The notes beneath the pieces are model-generated. The model was given only the letters and a program-made list of their open reading frames with translations. It was not told the origin of the DNA and did not search any database. A stretch of 64,000 bases of DNA. Source: Desulfosudaceae bacterium (GTDB lineage Bacteria; Desulfobacterota; Desulfobacteria; Desulfobacterales; Desulfosudaceae). Both the position numbers and the translations under genes were made by a program. Position 1 is the first letter of the stretch; every line of letters begins with the position of its first letter. The stretch lies in assembly GCA_963674745.2 (NCBI GenBank), contig CAXXDV010000001.1:96001-160000 (forward strand), in the 5' to 3' direction. Positions 20,353 through 29,742 of the stretch are shown here, piece by piece.

Positions 20353-20481
20353 AACAGTTTTCTTCCCGGCAACTGATGTTTGTCCTGGTTGCCGGGCTTC
20401 TTATCCTTTCTCTTTCCCGTTGGGTTCATTAAAAACGGCTTTATTTCACCACGCCATTTTACTGGCCATAAAGGAGTTGAA

Positions 20482-21180
20482 ATGGGAACAGATGTACACA
20501 AATTAAAATGGTCCATGGCCCTTCTGGCCCGGCTGGTGACCTGGATCGTCAGGCTCTGGTTCGGCACCGTCCGGGTTGAGGTGGTGGATAAGGACGTTTA
20601 TGAGCAATACTTTACCAACAACCGCACCACCGGAAACGTGGTCGCCGGTGCCTGGCACCGTAACGCCATTTTTTTCTTTTACCACTTTCGAAAGCTGAAA
20701 AACTCATGTGTTCTGGTCAGCCGCAGCAAGGACGGTGACTTTACCGCCAAAATCGCTGAGATATTCGGCTATGACGTTATCCGGGGATCTTCTTCCAAAG
20801 GCGGCCGGGAAGCGCTGACGGAAATGGTGGACTATATGAGACAGGAACCGGCCAAAATTTGCGGGACCCCCATGGACGGCCCCCGTGGTCCGGCACGGAT
20901 TATGAAAAAGGGCATGCTGGTACTGGCCATGCAGACCGGCTCCTGGTTCATCCCCATGGCCTGTTCCGGTTCGCGGGTGATTACCTTTCACAAGGCCTGG
21001 GACAAAACCATCATCCCCAAACCGTTCAGCAAAATGGTTCTGACCTTCGGCACGCCCATCAGAATTCCGGAAGGGATTTCCACAGAAGAACTGGAAACCA
21101 TAAGAGCAGAAAAAGAGGCCGAATTAAACCGGATCACGGACAGGGCCGATCAGATCACCGGGTACAACCCGAAAGTTTGA
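20482..21180 (+). CDS. Lysophospholipid acyltransferase family (DUF374) protein
   Basis: AWH, LVSRSKDG, IRGSSSKGG, DGPRGP and WDKTIIPKPFS; AAGGAG RBS before ATG 20482. Confidence 0.85.
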   Translation: MGTDVHKLKWSMALLARLVTWIVRLWFGTVRVEVVDKDVYEQYFTNNRTTGNVVAGAWHRNAIFFFYHFRKLKNSCVLVSRSKDGDFTAKIAEIFGYDVIRGSSSKGGREALTEMVDYMRQEPAKICGTPMDGPRGPARIMKKGMLVLAMQTGSWFIPMACSGSRVITFHKAWDKTIIPKPFSKMVLTFGTPIRIPEGISTEELETIRAEKEAELNRITDRADQITGYNPKV

Positions 21181-21196
21181 TTGAAAAGCAATAAAC

Positions 21197-21232
21197 ATAA
21201 GGCCCCGGTCCTTTATCAGACCGGGGCCTTAT
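21197..21232. terminator. Probable bidirectional terminator hairpin
   Basis: Perfect 14-bp stem ATAAGGCCCCGGTC/GACCGGGGCCTTAT with an 8-nt loop between convergent genes. Confidence 0.75.
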
Positions 21233-21239
21233 ATCATGT

Positions 21240-24200
21240 TTATTGACCACCCCGCACCATGCGCACGTAAAAGCCCACCTCATAATCCTTATCCTGCTGA
21301 TACTGGTTGCCGCGATCAAACAATACCCGCAAGGTCATGTGCGGCCTCCAGGAAGTCCCGGTCCAATAGGCATCCAGAACGGTATCCGGGAAAAAATCAG
21401 TGTCGATGCAGGGATTATAGCTTTCATAATCGATGATGGAGATCAGTTCCTTAATCGTAGGCAGCCGCCAGTCATTATACCCTGCCAGAACAGCGTTTTC
21501 ACAGTAGTTGATGGCCCCTTCCCAGAACATGGTGTCATTGACGTCCAGAACGCCGTCATTATTAAGATCGACGGTATCGCGGGACCACATCAGCCCGGTT
21601 GTCCGGTCGCTGACCGTACCGTCACCGTTGTTTACAAAGGACGGCGATGTTTTGGGGCCGCGCACTGCCCGGACATGCCGGGTATTGTACTTGGTTTGAC
21701 AACTGGCGGGATCATGGGGGCGGCCCAGGCCGGTATAAAAATAAACCGTCCAGGCGTCGGCCGTATAACTGGCTTCGGTGGTGCCCGTCCAGTAGGTAGA
21801 GCTGAACCCTTCAGTGTAGGGGAAATAGGCAGTGTCAATAGCCGGTTGGCTTCTCCCCATGTCGGCCAGCCAGCACAGCTCTTTGACCGTGGGCATGCGC
21901 CAGTCATTGTAACCGCCGAAATTATCCGCATTCAATTGGGCCAGGAATACGTCCTCAAAGTCATACCAGCTGTACAGGTCGTCCAGGTCATGGAGGCCGC
22001 CGTCATCGGTTTTCACCTCCCAGATCAGGCCGGTAACATTGTCCCGTACCATCACCCAAACCGCAGCCGAATCCGGCAGATCGTTGCCGTTTTCATCCAG
22101 TTTGGTGAACGAAGGGGGATTGATGGTATAGCAGGGATCCTGACCGAAAAACCGTTCGCCCTCGACCGGGCAGGGATCAAGCGTATTGCCGACATCATCA
22201 TAACAGATGACATGACCGGTGTCAGGCACATTGGATGTGGCAACGCCGATGCATCCGGCAAAATCTCCGCCGGCAGCCGATTGGACTTCCCAGGCGCCGG
22301 AAAGACAGCCATCCGAAGAGAACACGGCGGAAAAAGAAAATGCAACTTCGGCTATTTCAAAGGTAAAATTGCCGTCGCAGTCTATCCGGCCGGCCCCCTG
22401 AAGGTTACCGACAACTGGAACATTAATGATCATGGAGACTAAACCCGAGCTGTCAACGGTTCCTGTTCCATTGGCTTCCCCGATAACTGATATTCCGGTA
22501 CCGGTGAAGGCCATACTGCCGTCTGCCCCGAGATCAACCATCCAGTCGCCCTGGATAGGCGTAGAGCCCCAGGCAATTCCGGAAACCGTGCCTTGATACA
22601 ACCCGGCGATATTGCCGGGAGCATCGGCCATATCGCCGTCACAGTCGTTGTCGATCCCATCCCCGCAGATTTCATCAGCGCCGGGGTTGACCGCAGCATC
22701 GTGATCGTCGCAGTCGGTATTGTCTTCCACGTAACCGGCCGGACATGTGGCGGCAACGGTGGCATCAGCCGCGTCACCATAGCCGTCGCCATCGGCGTCC
22801 CGGTACCAGGTTCCGGGCTGGCATGCCAGATCACTGCCGTCGCAGTCCTGGTCGATGCCGTCTCCACAAATCTCTGCAGCGCCGGGATGGACATCGTCGT
22901 CACTGTCATCGCAATCGGTGTTGTCTGCCACATATCCCGGAGGCCGGATGGAGAACGTGATGGAAACATCCGGGTTACCGTACCCGTCGCCGTCGGCATC
23001 ACGATACCAGGTCGGTGTTGTAACCGGGCACCGCTCATCCTCACCGTCGCAATCCTGATCAATACCGTCCCCGCAGAGATCATCGGCACCGGGATTAACA
23101 CCGGCATCCGTGTCATCGCAGTCGGTGGCGTCGCTGACATAGCCTTCGGGGCAGACAATGGCCTGCACCGAATCAGCGGCATCACCGTATCCGTCATTGT
23201 CCGCGTCCCGATAATAGGTCATGAGGAGGTCCGGTTCGGAGCAGGGAGCCATGGAGTAAAATATTTCGCCAGGCCCGGGGGTACCCCCGGGATAACCGAC
23301 CCAGGCAATCCGGCCGTTGTGCACCTGAGGGCCGTCATCCATGAAGTTATTGTGGGTCAATTGCCTGACTTCACTACCGTCCCAATAATAGATTTCCATA
23401 TCTCCGTCTACGGGGTCATCCCCCCACCAGACAATCATGCCATCATCAACAACCGGTTCTCCGTCATACCAGTCATTGTCCGTAACCCAGGTCAGCACGG
23501 GTTTACCGGCCGCGTCGAACTCGCCCTCCCAGCATACAATTTCGTAATCATTACCATCCGATTGATTCCAGGCAACAATACCGTTCCAAACGGTAGGATT
23601 GATTGAAAAACCGTGTTCATCTTCTGAACTGTCCTTCAGTTTAAAAACCGTGTTACCGTCCCAGAAATATATCCTTCTTATTGTATCTCCACCGGGAACG
23701 GTCTCCAGGCTCCCCCAGGTGATGGTTCCGTTGTACTGAGAAAGGTTATATTCGTTTTGTTCTTCCGAATTAGAAACGTTAATAATCACCGGGTCACCGT
23801 TAACATCAAAACTACCGTCCCAGTACAACACTTCAAGATTGGCCAGCCAGGCGACAGTGCCATTATATACTGAAGGTCTCCATTTCGTACCGGGTTCGTC
23901 CCACAGTGTAATAATATCGGCAGGGCTGCCGTCCGGATTGGTACTGCCACCCCAGTATTTTACAGAAATGCGACTGTTTTGATATTCCAGCCAGGCTGCG
24001 GCATCGCCATAAATTGACAGGTCTAAACCGTTGCCATAACCGTAGTTGGAAAGGACCTGTGTGCGGCCGTCACGCAAATACATCACCTGTTTCGGATACG
24101 TCCCACGAAGCCAGGCAATGGTATCGTTATAAATGGAAGGCCGCCTGGCATCAGACACCATGTCATTTGTTAGCCTGCAAACCGTCAAATGACCGGGATT

Positions 24201-25766
24201 AACATAGGAGTCGGTGTCATCACAATCCGTATTGTCGGCCACGTAACCGTCGGGGCAGTCAACAGCCTCTTTGGTGACATCGGGATTTCCGTAACCGTCC
24301 CCATCTGCATCCCGGTACCAGGTAACCATCGGGCAGGCCGGATCACTGCCGTCACAATCCTGGTCGATGCCGTCACCACAAACCTCAACGGCCCCGGGAT
24401 GGATACCGGCGTCGTTATCGTTGCAATCCCGGTTTGAACAGTAACCGTCCTGATCTGCATCGATACAGACCACGGGGCATCCTTCATCCACCGCCCCGTC
24501 ACAATCATTATCAATACCGTCGTTACAGACTTCCGTAGCGCCGGGGTTGACGGCAGCATCCGCATCATCACAGTCTACATCTGAGCAATAACCATCCTGG
24601 TCCGCATCGATGCAGACGGTACATCCCTCGTCCACCGCTCCGTCACAGTCATTGTCGATGCCGTCATCACACACTTCCTGCGAACCGGGATTAACAGCGG
24701 CATCCGTATCATCACAGTCCGTATTGTTGCCCACATATCCGGTCGGGCAGGTATCCGCCTCAACGGCATCATCGGGATAACCATACCCGTCCCCATCGGC
24801 ATCCCGGTACCAGGTGGCCAGGTTGCCATTCACCGGGCAAAGCGGCCCGCCGTTGCGGCTGGAACCGGCAATCACCTCAAAGTCACCGATAACCAGCCCG
24901 GGCCCGATCGGCACCGAGCAACTGGTATGGACCCGGGCATATTCGGCATCATTTACAAAGATATCAATCCACGGGCTTAAGGTCCCTTTCATGTCCCGAC
25001 CGATAATGGTGATCTGCCCGCCGGACGCAACCTGACCGTCAAACACCACTTCTCCTTCTTTTTGTTCGATCTTTACCAGTACCGACCCGACGCCATTGTA
25101 CTGCAGGGTCAGTTCGGAGACCTTTCCTTCGCATGGTGCGCAAATATCCAGGCCAAGGGTTGTTCGTAAATGGGTCAGTGCCTGGGTACCTGTTCGCAGC
25201 CATCGCAGCTCACAATCAGGGAATACACAATTCTCGTTGAATTCATCAAAAAGGGTTTTTAAATCTTCATAACTGGCAAAATTAAAACCGGACAGGTCAA
25301 AGGTGACCTGTCGCGTTAGCAGTTCCGATCGCACCTTTTCGCTGATCTGAATGCCGTTTTCCAAATTGCCGTCTTCATCCAGTGATTGAAGCAATCGGCA
25401 CAGGTTGATCACAGCCGGGTCGGTATCGTACAGCGCACCATCAACAAGGTCTAAGGGACTCATGAGTGATTTGGCTGTTGCCTGCCCCAGAAACAAATCG
25501 CCCAGGAAAAATTTTATGGTTTCGCCAGGTTTAAACAGGAACCCACCGTTTTCATCTGTGAGCCCGGATTGAGTCGTGGTCTGAAAGAATAACCCCTGAA
25601 CCGGACTGTCAATAAAAACGCCTTCCTGAACTGCCGCAACATTATTATCCGAAGAGCCTCCCCCATTACTGCATCCTGAAAAACAGATACAAGAAAGCAT
25701 CAATAAGAGAACCATTAACCCCGGAAAACTGAACGGCTTACTTATGATTCGAGAAAATCGTTTCAT
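21240..25766 (-). CDS. Large surface lipoprotein with MopE-like putative metal-binding repeats and two C-terminal DUF1566 (Lcl-type) domains
   Basis: Lipobox FSGC; seven Cys/Asp-rich units (WYRDADGDGYG or CIDADQDGYC...DCDD...PG..E.C.DGID.DCDG); propeller-like WDG repeats; two domains of the form D..TGL.W...GYNDWR.PT.KEL...YWTGT...VR.VR. Confidence 0.88.
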   Translation of the reverse strand: MKRFSRIISKPFSFPGLMVLLLMLSCICFSGCSNGGGSSDNNVAAVQEGVFIDSPVQGLFFQTTTQSGLTDENGGFLFKPGETIKFFLGDLFLGQATAKSLMSPLDLVDGALYDTDPAVINLCRLLQSLDEDGNLENGIQISEKVRSELLTRQVTFDLSGFNFASYEDLKTLFDEFNENCVFPDCELRWLRTGTQALTHLRTTLGLDICAPCEGKVSELTLQYNGVGSVLVKIEQKEGEVVFDGQVASGGQITIIGRDMKGTLSPWIDIFVNDAEYARVHTSCSVPIGPGLVIGDFEVIAGSSRNGGPLCPVNGNLATWYRDADGDGYGYPDDAVEADTCPTGYVGNNTDCDDTDAAVNPGSQEVCDDGIDNDCDGAVDEGCTVCIDADQDGYCSDVDCDDADAAVNPGATEVCNDGIDNDCDGAVDEGCPVVCIDADQDGYCSNRDCNDNDAGIHPGAVEVCGDGIDQDCDGSDPACPMVTWYRDADGDGYGNPDVTKEAVDCPDGYVADNTDCDDTDSYVNPGHLTVCRLTNDMVSDARRPSIYNDTIAWLRGTYPKQVMYLRDGRTQVLSNYGYGNGLDLSIYGDAAAWLEYQNSRISVKYWGGSTNPDGSPADIITLWDEPGTKWRPSVYNGTVAWLANLEVLYWDGSFDVNGDPVIINVSNSEEQNEYNLSQYNGTITWGSLETVPGGDTIRRIYFWDGNTVFKLKDSSEDEHGFSINPTVWNGIVAWNQSDGNDYEIVCWEGEFDAAGKPVLTWVTDNDWYDGEPVVDDGMIVWWGDDPVDGDMEIYYWDGSEVRQLTHNNFMDDGPQVHNGRIAWVGYPGGTPGPGEIFYSMAPCSEPDLLMTYYRDADNDGYGDAADSVQAIVCPEGYVSDATDCDDTDAGVNPGADDLCGDGIDQDCDGEDERCPVTTPTWYRDADGDGYGNPDVSITFSIRPPGYVADNTDCDDSDDDVHPGAAEICGDGIDQDCDGSDLACQPGTWYRDADGDGYGDAADATVAATCPAGYVEDNTDCDDHDAAVNPGADEICGDGIDNDCDGDMADAPGNIAGLYQGTVSGIAWGSTPIQGDWMVDLGADGSMAFTGTGISVIGEANGTGTVDSSGLVSMIINVPVVGNLQGAGRIDCDGNFTFEIAEVAFSFSAVFSSDGCLSGAWEVQSAAGGDFAGCIGVATSNVPDTGHVICYDDVGNTLDPCPVEGERFFGQDPCYTINPPSFTKLDENGNDLPDSAAVWVMVRDNVTGLIWEVKTDDGGLHDLDDLYSWYDFEDVFLAQLNADNFGGYNDWRMPTVKELCWLADMGRSQPAIDTAYFPYTEGFSSTYWTGTTEASYTADAWTVYFYTGLGRPHDPASCQTKYNTRHVRAVRGPKTSPSFVNNGDGTVSDRTTGLMWSRDTVDLNNDGVLDVNDTMFWEGAINYCENAVLAGYNDWRLPTIKELISIIDYESYNPCIDTDFFPDTVLDAYWTGTSWRPHMTLRVLFDRGNQYQQDKDYEVGFYVRMVRGGQ

Positions 25767-25914
25767 GGCTGCCTCCTTTTTTTGACTGTTGAGACAACTC
25801 TGCTGAGATTGAGGTATTGACTTTTGTTATCTAGAAAAAAGATATGAAAGAGTTGACAATAAAACTTTTCACTGCCAACATTAATCGCAATGAGAAGACA
25901 TCAATATTTTAAAC

Positions 25915-25930
25915 AGCAAAAACCATGCCC
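25915..25930 (-). promoter_or_regulatory. Putative sigma54 (-24/-12) promoter of the large lipoprotein gene
   Basis: Minus strand GGGCATGGTTTTTGCT has GG-N10-GC spacing, about 150 nt upstream of ATG 25766. Confidence 0.6.
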
Positions 25931-26037
25931 GCCATCTCATCCGCCCCCCCCAAATCAAAAAAAATTATAATATCAAAATAATACAACGCGACCAATCGCC
26001 CCATCCGGGGCTTTTCATGATTATAAACATTGTATTT

Positions 26038-26075
26038 TTGACGCGATTCAGTCAACTCGCTGACAAAATTTGTCG
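26038..26075. promoter_or_regulatory. Tandem palindromes, candidate enhancer (UAS) for a sigma54 activator
   Basis: TTGAC-N8-GTCAA and GACAAAATTTGTC, 110-145 bp upstream of the -24 element, separated from it by an AT-rich tract. Confidence 0.45.
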
Positions 26076-26199
26076 CTCATTAATGGGTTAAGCAGGCGGC
26101 CTGACAGCTGCGATCCGATGCATCCGTTCCGACAAATAATAATTGTTTCATAGCAAACGATAAGTTATTATAATTCAAATTTTTAGGAGATGAATACCC

Positions 26200-27456
26200 A
26201 TGCCCATGTCAGACGCGTTTAAAGAACGGCTTTTCCCGAACGTGGAAAAAATTGCCGATCACTTCGGCACGCCTTTTCATATTTATGATGAAGCCGGTAT
26301 CCGTGAAACCGGTCAGGCGGTTGTGTCCGCGTTCTCAAAGATAGAAGGGTTCCGGGAATTTTTCGCGGTCAAAGCACTGCCCAATCCGACCATAATGGAA
26401 ATCATGCGGTCCATGGGGTTCGGTTTTGATTGCAGCTCCACCCCCGAACTGGTGCTTTCCCGGAAGATCGGAGCCGGCCCGGATGACATCATATTTACTT
26501 CAAACAATACCTCAACAGAAGAGTTTGAAGCCGCCCGGGCTGACGGCGGCTGCATCCTCAATCTGGATGACATATCTCTGATCGAGAAGGTGCCTGAGTT
26601 GCCGGAATTGATCTGCTTCCGATACAATCCCGGCCAACGGCGTACGGGCAACGATATCATCGGCAACCCGGTGGAAGCCAAGTACGGTCTTACCCACGAC
26701 CAGATGATCACCGCTTATCAGAACGTGTATGACAGGGGTGTCAGACGGTTCGGCCTGCACGCCATGATCGCCTCCAATGAGCTGAACTACACCTATATGG
26801 TCACTACCGCCAGAATGCTGCTGGAACTGGCCGAAGACATTTCACGGGATTTACCCATCCGGTTTGAGTTCATCAACATCGGGGGCGGGTTCGGCATTCC
26901 CTATCGGCCCGAGGACGAACCCCTCGATATCATGACCATGGGCGCGGATATCTGTGCCGCTTTTTACCGTTTTTCCCAGGACAACGGTTACGCGCCCAAA
27001 CTGTTTATCGAAAGCGGCCGTTACATGACCGGGCCGCACGGCGCGCTGGTCACAAGAGTGATCAACCACAAGCAGATTTACCGGAAATATGTCGGTGTTG
27101 ATGCCAGCATGTCCGCCCTGATGCGTCCCGGCATTTACGGTGCTCACCATGAGATAAGCGTGCCCGGGAAAACCGGGGGCAACCTGGAGCGGGTGGATGT
27201 GGTCGGCGCCCTGTGTGAAAACATCGACAAGTTCGCCATCCAGCGCCTGTTACCGGAAACCGCGGAAGGGGACCTGATGGTGATCCATGACACCGGCGCC
27301 CACGGCATTGCTATGGGGTTTAACTATAACGGCCGGCTGAGGCCCAAAGAGCTGCTTTTGCGCCAGGACGGCCGTGTCGAATTAATCCGCCGGGCGGAAA
27401 CCATGGACGACTATTTCTCAACGCTCCATTTTGAAGAGGATGTTTTAGGGTTTTAA
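26200..27456 (+). CDS. lysA: Diaminopimelate decarboxylase
   Basis: TPFHIYDE, FFAVKALPN, AKYG, INIGGG, ESGRY, GALCEN and GFNYNG. Confidence 0.95.
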   Translation: MPMSDAFKERLFPNVEKIADHFGTPFHIYDEAGIRETGQAVVSAFSKIEGFREFFAVKALPNPTIMEIMRSMGFGFDCSSTPELVLSRKIGAGPDDIIFTSNNTSTEEFEAARADGGCILNLDDISLIEKVPELPELICFRYNPGQRRTGNDIIGNPVEAKYGLTHDQMITAYQNVYDRGVRRFGLHAMIASNELNYTYMVTTARMLLELAEDISRDLPIRFEFINIGGGFGIPYRPEDEPLDIMTMGADICAAFYRFSQDNGYAPKLFIESGRYMTGPHGALVTRVINHKQIYRKYVGVDASMSALMRPGIYGAHHEISVPGKTGGNLERVDVVGALCENIDKFAIQRLLPETAEGDLMVIHDTGAHGIAMGFNYNGRLRPKELLLRQDGRVELIRRAETMDDYFSTLHFEEDVLGF

Positions 27457-27815
27457 GGTTTTAAAGTTTTAGGTTTTAAAGTATTTGAGTGTTACGCTTT
27501 AGGTTTTAAGCATAAGGTGGTTAAGTGGTTATGTGATTAAGTGATTAAGTGTTTAGGTGGTCGAGGTTTGAGAAAGGGAGATGGCCCGCTTTGCGGGTGC
27601 AAGGTTCATGGTTTGAGGGGTGCTAGGTGGTTAAGTGATTCGATGAAAATGGTGAAGATAGAACTTAAGCCCTTAACCACATAAACACTTAAACACCTAA
27701 ACACAAAAAACTTAATGTCTGGGAACTTCCCGGAAGGCCGAAGCCTTCCGCTACATAAAACGTAGAGCCTAACACCTCAAACCTTAACCACATAAACACT
27801 TAAACACATAACCAC
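27443..27815. repeat. Composite repeat island between lysA and der
   Basis: (TTTTAAGG)n then (AAGTGRTT)n left arms, a CCCGCTTTGCGGG hairpin, C/A-rich inverted octamer arms, and the REP GGAAGGCCGAAGCCTTCCGCTAC at 27732-27754. Confidence 0.85.
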
Positions 27816-27887
27816 AAATTTTTTAACGACGATCAGGCCATATTAAGAACGACTATATTTTAACGTCATTTTTATCGCAAGCGCCCT

Positions 27888-29261
27888 ATGAAACCCGTTG
27901 TTGTCATCACCGGCCGGCCCAATGTGGGCAAATCCACCATCTTTAACCGTCTGACCCGGTCAAGGGACGCTATTGTCGATGACATGCCGGGGGTAACCCG
28001 GGACCGCCATTACGGCGACGCGGAATGGAACGGCCTGGCCTTTACCATCGTCGACACGGGCGGCTTCATGACCGGCGACCCGGATGATATCGTAACGCAA
28101 GTGAACTTTCAGATCCGCCAGGCCCTTGACCACGCTGACGCCATCCTGCTGGTGATGGACGGGAAAAACGGTGTTTCGCCTTATGACCGTGAGATATTGA
28201 CCGTTCTCCAGGATTCGCCCTGCCCGGTTTTCTACCTGATCAACAAAATCGACGGCGAAGAAAAAGAGACCGAATGTTTTGAATTTTACAGCCTGGGCAT
28301 AGACCAATTATATCCCGTATCCGCCGCCCATGGTTACGGCATCAATACCTTTATGGATGATTTAACGGCTGTTTTGCCCGAACCGGAGCCGGAGGATGAG
28401 GAAGAAAGGATTAAAGTCGCGGTAGTCGGCAAACCCAATGTCGGCAAGTCGACCCTGATCAACAAAATCCTCGGCGAAGAGCGCCTGATTGTCAGTGATA
28501 TTCCCGGAACCACCCGTGACAGCCTGGACACGGTCTGCGAAAGAAACGGACGGTCATATCTATTAATAGACACGGCCGGCTTACGGAAAAAAAGCCGGGT
28601 CGAGGAAAAAATTGAAAAATTTTCCGCTTTAAAAACATTACGAAGCCTGGACCGGTGCGATGTGGCCCTCATTCTCGTTGATGCCGCCGATGAAGTATCC
28701 CAGCAGGACATCACCATCGCCGGATATGCCTTCGAACATCGTTGCGGCTGTATTTTTGTGGTCAACAAATGGGATCTTGCCAAACAGGAAGGGAAAAAGG
28801 CAAAGGACTATGTGGATGAGATCCGGGACCAGGCCAAATTTTTAGGTTTTGCGCCGGTCATGAATGTTTCCGCAAAAACCGGCTGGCATGTAAACAAACT
28901 TTTTGACCATATTGACGAAGTATATAATCAATATTCCGTTCAAATCAAAACCGGGAAGTTGAATTCCATTATCAGAAAAGCGGTGGAGCGAAACCTGCCG
29001 CCCTATCATAAGAACAACCGGCTGAAATTCAATTACGCCACCCAGATATCAACCAAACCGCCGACATTCATATGTTTTGTTAATTTCCCCAAGGGCATCC
29101 ATTTTTCCTATGAACGATACCTGGTCAACGAAATCAGAAAAGAGACCGGCCTTGACAAAACCCCGTTGCGACTCTTTTTCCGGGAAAAAACCGGCCGGAT
29201 TGATTATTCCAGCCGGAAAAAACGCCCGGCAAAACGGAGGAAACGGGGGCACGACAAGTGA
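27888..29261 (+). CDS. der: Ribosome biogenesis GTPase Der (EngA)
   Basis: Two G domains (GRPNVGKS/DTGG/NKID and GKPNVGKS/DTAG/NKWD) plus a KH-like C-terminus. Confidence 0.98.
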   Translation: MKPVVVITGRPNVGKSTIFNRLTRSRDAIVDDMPGVTRDRHYGDAEWNGLAFTIVDTGGFMTGDPDDIVTQVNFQIRQALDHADAILLVMDGKNGVSPYDREILTVLQDSPCPVFYLINKIDGEEKETECFEFYSLGIDQLYPVSAAHGYGINTFMDDLTAVLPEPEPEDEEERIKVAVVGKPNVGKSTLINKILGEERLIVSDIPGTTRDSLDTVCERNGRSYLLIDTAGLRKKSRVEEKIEKFSALKTLRSLDRCDVALILVDAADEVSQQDITIAGYAFEHRCGCIFVVNKWDLAKQEGKKAKDYVDEIRDQAKFLGFAPVMNVSAKTGWHVNKLFDHIDEVYNQYSVQIKTGKLNSIIRKAVERNLPPYHKNNRLKFNYATQISTKPPTFICFVNFPKGIHFSYERYLVNEIRKETGLDKTPLRLFFREKTGRIDYSSRKKRPAKRRKRGHDK

Positions 29262-29701
29262 TTAAGTGATTAAGTGATTAAGTGATTAAGTGATTATGTG
29301 ATTATGTGTTTAAGTGTTTAAGTGATTAAGTGGTTAAGTGGTTAAGTGGTTAAGTGGTCGGGGTTTGAGGAAAGGAGGTGCCTTTTACTTCGTCATCCGG
29401 ACGAGCAAACTGTGTCGTAATTCGTTATCCAGCCAAGTGGATATTTCTTTAACGGGTGCCACGGGCCAACCGAAGGTTGCCCGTGTTTAAGGGCGACCAG
29501 CCGGTCGCCCCTACAGGGTGAGCTGGGATGACGGGTTGTGGGACAGGCCGAAGCCTTCCGCTACATAAACAATAGACGTTAAAGCCCATAACCACATAAA
29601 CCCATAAACACATAACCACATAATCACATAATCACATAATCACATAACCACTTAATCACTTAATCACTTAAACACTTAAACACTTAATCACTTAATCACA
29701 T
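29256..29701. repeat. Inverted octamer minisatellite arms enclosing REP-like hairpins
   Basis: 13 copies of AWGTGDTT (29256-29359) and 14 copies of the reverse complement, e.g. AATCACTT and AACCACAT (29590-29701). The interior holds three short palindromes. Confidence 0.92.
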
Positions 29702-29742
29702 CTAACTTTAAACCCTATACAGACCGCAGCACTGGAATATCC

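Noticed and set aside
21240..21450. Complete diversity-generating retroelement
   Set aside because: No reverse transcriptase, accessory gene or template repeat is visible in the window; kept only as a remote-target hypothesis.
21243..23606. Long plus-strand ORFs 21243-22442 and 22593-23606, and similar antisense ORFs elsewhere
   Set aside because: They are antisense shadows of well-supported genes and carry no motifs of their own.
29378..29452. 24-codon ORF between the octamer arms
   Set aside because: The GTG overlaps the AGGAGG, leaving no spacing, and there is no other coding evidence.
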